Source: Catajapyx aquilonaris (lineage: Eukaryota). Taken from it: 64,000 bases of DNA. The DNA is taken from assembly GCA_000934665.2 (NCBI GenBank), contig KZ538306.1, positions 62,001-126,000 of the forward strand, written 5' to 3'. The notes beneath the pieces were generated by a model. The model was not told the DNA's origin and did no database searches. It was given only the letters and a program-made list of their open reading frames with translations. Shown one piece after another: positions 1 through 12,800 of the stretch. The position numbers and the translations under genes are program-made. Every line of letters starts with the position of its first letter. Within the stretch, counting starts at the first letter, position 1.

Positions 1-852
1 CTTTGTTGTTGATCTCACTTGTCAGCAGACGACCCCTCCAAATATTATTTTATAAAAAATGCAAGATATGCTGGAAGAGAGGACAGAATATTATGCGAAT
101 AAATAAATAGGAACTTGCTTTTTTCCAGATTAAGGTCGAGGTAAATCGGATCCTTCCAAGCCATGTTAAATATTGGTTTCAAAATCGAAGAGTTACTTTG
201 AAGTTAAATAAATTTTGACTTTCCAGTCACGTTCTTGATTTTTTTCCCCCAACGATATGTGCTGCTTGTAATGTTAAAAAAAACCATGGTAACGCAACAA
301 TGCTTGCCAAAAATGTTGTTTTCTACGAACAAGTTTGCAGGATGAGGATAATTTCTAGCCCACTGCGCATACTTCAAAATTTCATAGTGATTTAAGGTAC
401 AGTCGTTATTTTGAAACGTACAATTAAAATTTTCGAAGCCCTCGAAATGTACTTTTCAATCATGTGTGACTCGCAAGTCTGCTGAATCATTATGTTGCAA
501 GATGATTTATTCAAATGCTTTGTAAAATTGGGCGACGTCGCCTGGTACTTCATGTGCCATTAGTTATTGTTTAAAAACATGCAAGTTACACATCCATAGG
601 ATAATACAACAGGGAACAATACATTGTAACAAACAAATGTGACGTTTTCCCCCTGTTTTGTATTGTTGAATTTACTGTAACTTAGGCCACGCACTGATTT
701 ACAGAGGGTTTGACATTGTTGACAACAATTGAACTGACAGTTATTACAGTGGCGCAAATGGGCTTGTACTGATAACAACTAATGACCCTCAGGGGTCCAA
801 ACTATACAGCTTAAAAATTATTGTCTTTAGAAACTCAAGCTAACAAAGAAGC

Positions 853-3800
853 ATGGCTCGTGACAACAACGGACCCGGCACATTCCCAAGACAATATCAA
901 TCACCGTTGAGTCCAACCCCTTCTGTTTACTACGACTGCATATCGGACGGAGTAAGGCAACTATAAGGGCCAGAAAACTTCTTTTTTTTCATTTGGAAAT
1001 AGTGACAGAAACATTTCAAACTATCACTTTCCAACCTCTGAAAAAGTTTTCTGAAAGTGTTGCAGCCTTTTAAAAAACGAATAAAATATTAAGTAACTTC
1101 AACTTTGCTTTCTCAGAGTCATTCAGTATCAGACGCCTCTTTCCACTCCGTCATATTCGACGAAAGCAGCACTACCATTAACCAGGAGAAACAACATGGG
1201 AACCAGCCACAGACGCCTCCGCACTACCCATCAGATGTTGGTTCAACATCATCATCAGCCAGTAGAAACATGTCAAAGCCTATTTTATCTGAAAAACGCA
1301 ATTTGCACAGAAGCACGTCGTCACCGTCTGCCAAGAGGGTTAAGTTTGCAGACGACACTATGGACCACAAATTGGAAGGAAAAAGATCTTTCAACAGGAG
1401 AACAACTAAGTTCAAAGTGCCATCAATTCAGGACATAGTAAATTTTGTCAAATCGGTCCCATCAAAAGTGTTCGACAAGCCTGTTGAAAATGTCGATTTC
1501 GCTGACAGTCCATATTTGCACCCAGTCCAAAGAAGCATTCCTAAGATACGAAGCACGCCAAGGATGTCCCCAGGTAAGGATCCACTGATTTAGGAGTTAA
1601 TCCGGTTCATATCATGTCAAATATTGTAGAGGTAATGCAATGCAGTACCCACATCATAACTCCCNNNNNNNNNNNNNNNNNNNCCCCCCCCCCCCCCCAA
1701 AAGGCAGGTCCTAAATATTGCGATCTCTGTGGTTAAGCCATATTGTGACAAAACATTCAATTGCAGAACCTGTGTCACCACAAGTGGAGAAATATTACCC
1801 TCGAGATTTTGTTGAACCGGACAATTTCTACGCGGCTAAGGAATATTATGAACCGAACGATGGTTTATTAAGAGATGGGTTGCTTGGAGTCATAGATCAT
1901 AGCAATCTCACTATGAAAATGATTAATCGCAGGGTCAGAAACCTGTCCAAAATAGCGGACATTGTTAATACTAGACAAGTGCGACCAGAGAAGCCCAAGA
2001 AGAAGAAGAAGACGAAGAAGAAGGTAAGTTACGTGAAGCTGGTTGTCAAGACGAGTCTTCCGGTTGTGAAAACTGCATCAAGACATGTCAAACCTGGGAT
2101 TCTAAGCGAAGCAGGTGACATCCCTAGGTATCCGTCTAAACCTAGATCACTTCGGAAACCTCCAGGTGATAAGGATTCAGACACCAAGAGGTATCCTCCA
2201 TCAGACCATGGGCCCGACGACGACGACAGATGGAGCCCACCTGTCAGAGATGGAGGTAAGAAATCTTTCTCCTAATAGGCTTATTCTCTCCGTCGGATGT
2301 TTGTCCCACCTGACAGTACCACTATTTCCCGCACGACGTGAGGGTGGCAGTAGTGTGCAGAGGGAGTCTGCTCCATCTATGCGTGAAGAATAGAACTACG
2401 TGGTAAATTGGCGGACCAACTTGTGTGATTGTCACTCTCAAACTGATAATAATAGGTTTTTTGGCAAATTCTGGAAATAAGCACAGTCTTTGAAATAATT
2501 CATAATCATTCTTAATTGCTAATTTTGCAGCAGAATTCGTTCTGTGTAGTGCATAAAAATTTGGGCAGGCAATAGAGTATATGCGATCATCCAGATTATA
2601 GTGTTAAAGGGTCACGTATATAGTGAATGAATCCATTATTAATTTTTCGTGGCGCTTCATCAGATGCCATTGCCTTATCGTTTTTTCTCCATTTGACACA
2701 AGGACTTTCGCGTGGTGATGCTGACAAGCCAGCACCTCCTAAGGCAATTCCTACACCAGATATGGGCAAGATTCCTACACCAGATATGGGCAAGATTCCT
2801 ACACCAGATATGGGCAAGATTCCTACACCAGATATGGGCAAGATTCCTACACCAGATATGGGCAAGATTCCTACACCAGATATGGGCAAGATTCCTACAC
2901 CAGATATGGGCAAGATTCCTACACCAGATATGGGCAAGATTCCTACAAAAGGAGGAGACGCTGATAGACCCAGATCGACACCTGGTCTAGACGCGGTCGA
3001 ATCTCACCTTAGGCCTTTCTTAGACTTCCAAAAGGAAGCGAATCGCCAGGCATTGATAAGGAAGCGATCGTTAGCAGAAAGGCCGGATAAAGGTCCCATA
3101 ACTATCAGAGATCACCCGAAGCCGACCAGCAGAATAGTTCCAAAGGAGGCCCCGAGGCCTGCTGTTGATCAGCCCTCGGAAGGCGATGAGAAATGGCAGT
3201 ATGTCAGGAAGATGGCTGAAAGACGGATATCTAAATCCAGGGATCCAAAGGAAATGGATGAGATGTCGAGACTGCTCCAGAAAGAAGATCAAGTCTCACT
3301 TCCCAGGAGAAAGCCTAGCAAGAAGCAGCTCCTTCCGGACGAAGAGAAATGGGGGCACGTTCGCGAGATTGCGAGACGCAGGATGGCGCAGGTTGAACTC
3401 CCAAAGGACATGGATGAACTCATGAAGATGGTCGACAGCAAAGGACGTATCAGGCCGAAAGATTCAGGTGTGAAGCCAGTTGATGAAGAAGAACCGATTT
3501 CACCCACGAAGGAAAAACCAATAGACAGTACAGTGTCAGAGAAAAAACCAGAAGCGATTTCACCTCCGCAGCCGCAGAAGCCTTCAATAATACCATCTGT
3601 TAGTCCAAGTGAACAACCGACTGAAGGTAAACCTGCTCCGATGACAAAGCCTGTTGTTTCACCTAAGATGAGAGACGAACCTGAAAGCCGGCCGTCCATC
3701 TACTTTGATTCGACAGAATGCGGAGGACCGGATATATCCGGCGCACACGTGCATAGGAAGTCTGTCGAACCACAGCAGAAACCGGAGGAACGGGAGCCTG

Positions 3801-6800
3801 AAGAGTCAACCAAAATAAAAGAAGAACCGTTCGGCAAACCTAAAGGAAAATCTTCAAGCGAAAAACTTGCTGGAAAAGGCCCACAAAAAGCTCAGCCAGC
3901 AAAAACTGCTTCTAAATCGACTTCGACAACTGATTTTAAAATTCCTGCCACGCCATCGATTTCTGATGCTGAATCAATAGCTTCTGGTACGTCGTTAAAG
4001 TCTGAACCTGAATTAAGGCCTGGTAAGCGATCGAGTTTATCACGTAGGATAAGCGATTGGATGATTAGAAATAAAAGTCATTTAAAAATTCGGCGTAAGC
4101 CATCGACTTCTGAAAGTGAAATAGGCTCTGCGTCACTATCGACTTCAACGACTGAATTAATTCCTGATGTGCCATCAACTTCAAAATCTGAAATAACAAC
4201 TGAGACACGATCGACTTCAACAACTGATGATATAAGCGATACTGCTATAACTTATAAAACTAAAGGTAAAACACCATCTAAGCGACCGCCTTCGAAGAGC
4301 AAAAGTAAAATTTCTGCTGGGCTATCAGCTACAAAAATTAAAAAGAAAAAACCGGACAAAAAGAAAAGTAAAAAGAAAATTTCTCCTCCGCCATCAACTT
4401 CAAAATCTGAAATAACAACTGAGACACGATCGACTTCAACAACTGATATAAGCGATACTGCTATAACTTATAAAACTAAAGGTAAAACACCATCTAAGCG
4501 ACCGCCTTCGAAGAGCAAAAGTAAAATATCTGCTGGGCTATCAGCTACAAAAATTAAAAAGAAAAAACCGGACAAAAAGAAAAGTAAAAAGAAAATTTCT
4601 CCTCCGCCATCAACTTCAAAATCTGAAATAACAACTGAGACACAATCGACTTCAACAACTGATATAAGCGATACTGCTATAACTTATAAAACTAAAGGTA
4701 AAACACCATCTAAGCGACCGCCTTCGAAGAGCAAAAGTAAAATTTCTGCTGGGCTATCAGCTACAAAAATTAAAAAGAAAAAACCAGACAAAAAGAAAAG
4801 TAAAAAGAAAGTTTCTCCTAAAATACCTGACGAAGTGGAAATGTACTGGAAAAGACGGTCCGAAAGAGGCGAAATCTCGCCCCCGTATGGCATAACAAAA
4901 ATAGACAAAGCATCAACATCGACCTCAACATCTGAAATAACAACTGAGACACGATCGACTTCAACAGCTGATATAAGCGATACTGCTACAACTGATAAAA
5001 CTAAAAGTAAAACACCATCTAAGCGACCACCTGGTTGGAAGAGCAAAAGTGAAATTTCAGATCGGCCATCAGATACAAAAATTAAAGAGAAAAAACCAGG
5101 CAAAAAGAAAAGTAAAAAGAATATTTCTCGTCTATTATCTGCTGCAAAAAGTAAAGCGAAAGAACTTGACGAAGAGGACACTTCGTGTTGGAAAAGACGG
5201 TCCAAAAAAGGCAAAATCTCGCCCCCTTATGGCGTAACAAAAAAATACGAAGAAGAACCCAGTAAACGCAGAGAAAAGTATGTTTATCATGGCTTATCAG
5301 ATATGTCCTCAGAATCAACATATACCATGAAACCGGTGAAATCCACAAGTCAAGAGTTTCCTACATATGAATCAAAAGGAACCGTTGGAAGGTCAGAAGA
5401 AGGAGTTACCACACCTCTTCTCGACATGTTACACAAGCCCCATAAATACATCAAAAGTCATTCAGATAGCTTCATTGGCAAAGATTATAAGAAATACGAA
5501 CCCAGAATTCCAAAGGAACCAGGTTCAGACGATCAGAAGGCCAAAAGTAAATCTCTCAAAACTGATGAGATGAAAAGTCCTGAACCCAAAAAGTCGGTGG
5601 CAGAACAGATCAAACCTGGAAAGAAAGTGGCAAAGGCTGCAGAAAAGGCAGGGAAAAAGGGCAAAGAACCTTCAGTAACTGAACTAGAGGCAAGAAAACC
5701 GTCGAAATCTGATAGGAAAGTGGCTGAGGACAAGGCAGCAGAAAGGTCAAAGAAAAGGAGGAAAGAACCACCAGCAACTGAACCCGAAGTAAGAGAACCG
5801 CCCAAATCTGATAAGCCCAGTGATGTTAGTTCAGAGGAAATGGAACGAGAACTGCCAGAAACTTTACCAAAGCCTATGAAGCCTCATAAGCTAAGAAAAG
5901 ACAAGAAACTAAGTAAAGCCGAATCACCAACATCGACACGATCTGCCAAATCTAAAGAAAGGGCTTCCAGAAGAAAAATGAAAGCAGCAAGTCCAGTCGA
6001 CTCAGCAGCAACTGTAGGCTCAGATATATCTATAGAAAGGGCTTCCAGAAGAAAGAAGAAATCAGCAAGTCCAGACGACTCATCATCGTCCGCACTATCT
6101 CATAAGTATACAGACCGAGGTTTTAAAAGGGACAAGAAGCGGTCAGGGCCCAGATCCGATGTGATCAAACCAGATGTGACCAAGTATGAGAGTCCTACAA
6201 AAGAAAAAGAAAAACCAGTAATTTTATCTGACGAGAAATTGTCTGGCAGAGAGCTAGAACAGGTCGATGCCACTACGCAGACGAAACCCCGCAAACACAA
6301 GGGTTCAGATTCAAAGGCATCACCTGATGCCACTAAACCAAGGAAACATGAGGACAAACCCAAACGCGTGAGAAGTAAAAGATCCAAGAAGCTGCTACAA
6401 GAGACCAAACCGGAAGAAATCAGTGGTGCAAGCTCTACAGAAGACAAAGAAAAGCCTACAGTTTTATATGAGGAGACATTGCCAGAAGAGCCATCAACCA
6501 GTACTAGTGCAGCCAAACCTGACAAACACAGGGCTACAGAACCCAGTGTTCCATATCGAGAAGCTGCACGCAATGCTAAAAAAGAAGAAACACCACAACC
6601 AACAAAACCTACAAAACCTGAGAAGATTTCAAGAAAAGACAAGCCACCAGCAACTAAGCCGGATTCTACAGAAGCGGATAAGGGCTCAGGCTCTTCAAAG
6701 GGTAACGATTTACATCGCGCCAAACAGAGAAGAGAAAAGGGCGATAAAAAAGACAAGGGCTCAATTCCTGAGAAGGTCAAAAAAGTTGACATTACTGACG

Positions 6801-9800
6801 AGAGGGTTAAGAAATTCTTGGACAAAGCGTTGACCGGAAACTTGAGCTTGTTAGACAGGGTGAAGGAGCGGAAGCCGAACGAATTCGTGCTGGAGTTTAG
6901 AAATGAGGACTTGGAGAGTGGAACTGATCTGGCACGTATTACTGAATCACAGGTTTCAGCAATATCGAGCATAAGTGACGTCGAATCTCAACAAGACACC
7001 CGAACAAAGCAGGAAGCCTCTATAGTGCTGGAAAGCGGCTCGGATTCTGAGATAAGCCCAAAAACCTGGAAGGACTCATTTCCCAGTAAGCAGTCTCGTT
7101 CTACAGTCGATTCAATCGATAGGAAGGAGGAACTGGCAAGAGAGAGCAAAGAGCGATTGATGCGTTTGCTTAAAAAGTCTAAGCTCAGAGAGGAACCGGT
7201 CGTGGTCACCAAACGTAAAAAAAGACCCGAGATATCAAGTGAATCGAAGGATGAAATCATGCGCATTATGAAAAGAGCCCTGGGATCCGACCTACACCTG
7301 TTGGCTGATGTTGAGAGGCGACTGAACGACCGATCAATGAGCAAAAAACCATCGAAACGCAAACGTGCAGAGAAGCGTGCGAAAAAATACAACACACCAT
7401 CAGAAAGTGTTTCTGACCTAGATTTAGAACTAGAAGCGCTACCAACCACACCCGATGTCACCGAAAAGACGAAACCTGACAAACGCAGGAGTGCACATCC
7501 AAAGTCTGCACCTCAAACTACTGAACCGTCTGCTGAGGACACACCCAAACGCGTCAGTGACAGAAGATCCAAGAAGTTGTCAGATGTAGCAGAACTGGAC
7601 AAAACAAGTATTGAAAGTTCTCCAATAGACAAAGAAAAGTCAATATTATTATATGAAGACGTGTTGCCTGAGAACACCCCAGAAGAGCCCTCAACTAGTC
7701 CCGATGCCGAGGAGAAACCCAGACGCGTGAGGTCTAGAAGATCCAAGAAGCCGTCACCGAGCAGATCCGACATTATGGAACCGGGCACGTCTGAGCAATC
7801 CATAGAACAACCCTCAAGCAGACCCTTGGACAGGAAACCGAGAGAATCTGACAAACACAGGTCAGAACCCAAGGATTCATCTCCGGAAGCTGCACCTGAG
7901 GAGAAACCCAGACGTGTGAGGTCTAAAAGATCCAAGAAGCTGTCACCGACCAGATCCGATGTTACGGAACCGGACAATACAGGTTATGAGAGTTCTCCAA
8001 AAGACAAAGAAAAGCCCAGATTATTATATGAGGATGTAGTGTCTGAGAAATACCCAGAAGAGCCCTCACCCAAACTCCGTGACAAGAAAGCGAAAAAATC
8101 TGACAAACACAGGAAGGAGGAACCCAAGAGTGCATCTCCAGAAGCTGTACTTAAACCAACCGGATCAGAGGAGAAAGCCAGACGTGTGAGGACTAAAAGA
8201 TCCAAAAAGCTGTCACTGAGCAGATCCGATGTTACGGACCCGGACAAGACAAGGGATGAAAGGTCTCCAAAAGACCAAGAAGAGCCCAGATTATTATATG
8301 AGGATGTATTGTCTGAGAAATACCCAGAAGAGCCCTCAACCAAACACCGTCCCAAGAAACCGAGAAAATCTGACAAACACAGGAGGGCAGAACCCAGGAG
8401 TTCATCTCCAGAAGCTGTACTTGAACCAACCGGTTCTGAGGAGACACCCAGACGTGTGAGGTCTAAAAGATCCCAGAAGCTGTCACCGAGCAGATCCGAT
8501 GTTACGGAACCGGACAATACAGGTTATGAGAGTTCTCCAAAAGACCAAGAAAAGCCCAGATTTTTATATGAGGATGTAGTGTCTGAGAATTACCCAGAAG
8601 AGCCATCAACCAAACTCCGTGCCAAGAAACCGAGAAAATCTGACAAACACGGGAAGGCGGAACCCAGGGGTTCATCTCCAGAAGCTGTACTTGAACCAAC
8701 CGGATCCGAGAAGAAACCCAGACGTGTGAGAACTAGAAGATCAAAGAAGCTGTCACCGAGCAGATCTGATGTTACGGAACCGGACAAGACAATGGATGAA
8801 AGGTCTCCAACAGACGAAGAAAAGCCCAGATTTTTATATGAAGATGTAGTGTCTGAGAATTATCCAGAAGAGCCCTCAACCAAACTCCGTGCCAAGAAAA
8901 CGAAAAAATCTGACAAACCCAGGAGGGCGGAACCCATAAGTTCATCTCCAGAAGCTGTGCTTGAACCAACCGGTACTGAGGAGAAACCCAGACGTGTGAG
9001 GACTAAAAGATCACAGAAGCTGTCACCGAGAAGATCCGATGTTACTGAACCGGACCAGACAATAGATGAAAGGTCTCCAACAGACGAAGAAAAGCCCAGA
9101 TTATTATATGAGGATGTATTGTCTGAGAAATATCCAGAAGAGCCCTCACCCAAACTCAGTGCCAAGAAACCGAAAAAATCTGACAAACCTAGGAGGGCGG
9201 AACCCATCAGTTCATCTCCAGAAGCTGTGCTTGAACCAACCGGTTCTGAGGAGAAACCCAGACGTGTGAGGACTAAAAGATCACAGAAGCTGTCACCGAG
9301 AAGATCCGATGTTACTGAACCGGACAAGACAAAGGATGAAAGGTCTCCAAAAGACGAAGAAAAGCCCAGATTATTATATGAGGATGTATTGTCTGAGAAA
9401 TACCCAGAAGAGCCCTCACCCAAACTCAGTGCCAAGAAACCGAAAAAATCTGACAAACACAGGAGGGCGGAACCCATCAGTTCATCTCCAGAAGCTGTGC
9501 TTGAACCAACCGGTACTGAGGAGAAAGCCAGACGTGTGAGGACTAAAAGATCACAGAAGCTGTCACCGAGAAGATCCGATGTTACTGAACCGGACAAGAC
9601 AAAGGATGAAAGGTCTGCAAAAGAGGAAGAAAAGCCCAGATTATTATATGAGGATGTATTGTCTGAGAAATACCCAGAAGAGCCCTCACCCAAACTCAGT
9701 GCCAAGAAACCGAAAAAATCTGACAAACCCAGGAGGGAGGAACCCATAAGTTCATCGCCAGAAGCTCTACTTCTTGAACCAACCGGATCTGAGGAGAAAC

Positions 9801-12800
9801 CCAGACGTGTGAGGTCAAAAAGATCCAAAAATCTGTCACCGAGCAGATCCGATGTTACTGAACCGGACAAGACAAGGGATGAAAGGTCTCCAAAAGAGGA
9901 AGAAAAACCCAGATTTTTATATGAGGATGTAGTGTCTGAGAAATACCCAGAAGAGCCCTCACCCAAACTCCGTCCCAAAAAACCGAGAAAATCTGACAAA
10001 CCCAGGAGGCAAGAACCCAGGGGTTCATCTCCAGAAGCTCTAGTTGAACCAACCGGTTCTGAGGAAAAACCCAGACGTGTGAGGACCAAAAGATCACAGA
10101 AGCTGTCACCAAGCAGATCCGATGTAATTAAACCGGACAAGACACGGGATGAAAGGTCTCCAAACGACGAAGAAAAGCCCAGATTTTTATATGAGGATGT
10201 AGTGTCTGAGAAATATCCAGAAGAGCCCTCACCCAAACTCCGTGCCAAGACACCGAGAAAATCTGACAAACCCAGGAGGCAAGAACCCAGGAGTTCATCT
10301 CCGGAAGGTTCTGTACTTGAACCAACCGGTTCTGAGGAGAAACCCAGACGTGTGAGGACCAAAAGATCACAGAAGCTGTCACCAAGCAGATCCGATGCTA
10401 CGGAACCGGACAAGACAATGGATGAAATGTCTCCAAAAGACGAAGAAAAGCCAAGATATGAGGACGTATTGTCTGAGAACTACCCAGAAGTACCCTCCAC
10501 CAGTCTGGGTGCCACCAAACCGAGGAAACTTGACAAACGCAGAATGACAGAACCAATTCCCTCAGTCCCAGTCGATGCCAGCAAACCAACGAAACAAGAC
10601 AAGCGCAGGACTTCAGAACCCAGCAGTTCACGTCGAGAAGGTGCGTCTGAAGTCACTGAACCAACCGGTGGTGAGGACAAACCCAGACGGGTGAGTGCTA
10701 GCAAATCCAGGAAGCTGTCAGAGAGCAGATCCGATGATACCGAACTGCCGAAACTGGACAAACGCAGGGTTTCATATCCAGACGAAGTACGGACCAGACC
10801 CGATGCCACCAGACCGACAAAACAGGACAAACGAAGGGCTTCAGAACCCAGTGGTTCCCGTCGAGAAGGTGCACCTGAAGCCACTGAACCAACAAGATCT
10901 GAAGGGAAACCCAGGCGTGTGAGTGCTAGCAAATCCATGAAGCTCCCAGAGAGCAGATCCGATGAGGCAGAACCGGACAAGACAAGAAATGAGAGTTCTC
11001 CAAAAGACAAAGAAAAGCCTCGATTTTTATACGAGGAGGTATTGTCTGATAAATACCCAGAAGAGCCCACAACAAGTCCTGATGCTGAGGAAAAACCCAG
11101 GCGCGTGAAATCTAGTAGATCCAAGAAGCTGCCAAAAAGCAGATCCGATGTTTCGACAACGAACCTGTCTGAGCAAGACCTTAAACAGACCTCAACCAGC
11201 GACTACGCCAAGAAACCCAGAAAATTTGACAAACCTAGGAGACAAGAACCCAAGAGTATATCTCCAGAAGGTGCACCTGAACCAGCAGTTTCAGAGGAGA
11301 AGCCCAGACGTGTCAGGTCTACAAGATCCAAGAAGCTGTCAGAGAGCGGATCTGATGTAACGAAACCGGACAAGACAATGGATGAGAGTTCTTCAAAAGA
11401 CCAAGAAAAGCCAATATTTTTATATGAGGACACATTGTCTGAGCACTACCCAGTTAAGGCCAAACCCAGAAGATCCAGAAAGCTGAGAGAGAGCAGACCT
11501 GATGTAACGGAACCTGACAGGGCCAGGCGTGATACTTCTGCAAAATACAAAAAAGAGCCAGAAGTTGTCACATTGTCTGTGACGGACTTAGCACCGTCCT
11601 CAACCACTCTGGATGCCACCAAACCAAGAAAACCTGACAAACAGAGGCGGTCAGAACCCAGTCCTTCAATCCCTCTCGATGCCACCAAACAGGACAAACG
11701 CAGGGCTTCAGAACCCAGGGGTGCATATCCAGAATCAGCACCTGAACCACCCGGTGCTGAAGACAAACCCAGACGTGTGAGTGCTAGCAGATCCAGGAAG
11801 CTGTCAGAGAGCAGACCTGACAAACAGAGGCGTTCAGAACCCAGTCCTTCAATCCCTCTCGATGCCACTAAACATGACAAACGCAGGACGTCAGAACCCA
11901 GGGGTGCATATCCAGAATCAGCACCTGAACCACCCGGTGCTGAAGACAAACCCAGACGTGTGAGTGCTAGCAGATCCAGGAAGCTGTCAGAGAGCAGACC
12001 TGATAAACCCGTACAGGACAAGACCAGGCATGAGCCTTCTTCCAAAGACAAAGGAGAGCCAAAAGAAGTTCCTGGTGGCACATTGTCTGTAACGGACCAA
12101 GAACAGCCTTCAACCAGTATCGATGGAACCATACCAAGAAAACATGACAAACAGAGGCGTTCAGAACCAAGTCCTTCTGTCCCTCTCGATACCACCAAAC
12201 AGGACAAGCGCAGGGCTTCAGAACCTAGTCCTTCAGTCCCTCTCGATGGTACAAAACAGGACAAACGCAGGACTTCAGAACCCAGTCCTCCAGTCCCTGT
12301 CGATGCTACAAAACAGGACAAACACAGGACTTCAGAACCCAGTCCTTCTGTCCCTCTCGATGCCACCAAACAGGACAAGCGCAAGGCTTCAGAACCCAGT
12401 CCTTCAGTCCCTCTCGATGGTACCAAACAGGACAAACGCAGGACTTCAGAACCCAGTCCTTCAGTCCCTCTCGATGGCACCAAACAGGACAAACGCAGGT
12501 CTTCAGAACCTAGTCCTTCAGTCCCTGTCGATGCTACAAAACAGGACAAACGCAAGGCTTCAGAACCCAGTCCTTCAGTCCCTCTCGATGCTACAAAACA
12601 GGACAAACGCAGGGGTTCATATCCAGAAGCAGCACCTGAAGCCACTGAACGGACTAGTGCTGCAGACAAACCGAGGCGCGAGAGTTCTAGAAGATCCGAT
12701 GTTACGGAACCGGACATGACAAAATATGAGGACGCATTGTCTGATAAATCCCCAGAAGCGCCCTCAACTAGTGCCGAAGCTGAGGACAAACCCAGACGCG

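Noticed and set aside
2596..2990. Alternative-frame repeat peptides (ISGVGILP)n and (FLHQIWAR)n
   Set aside because: By-products of a stop-free 24-bp minisatellite; only the main frame continues.
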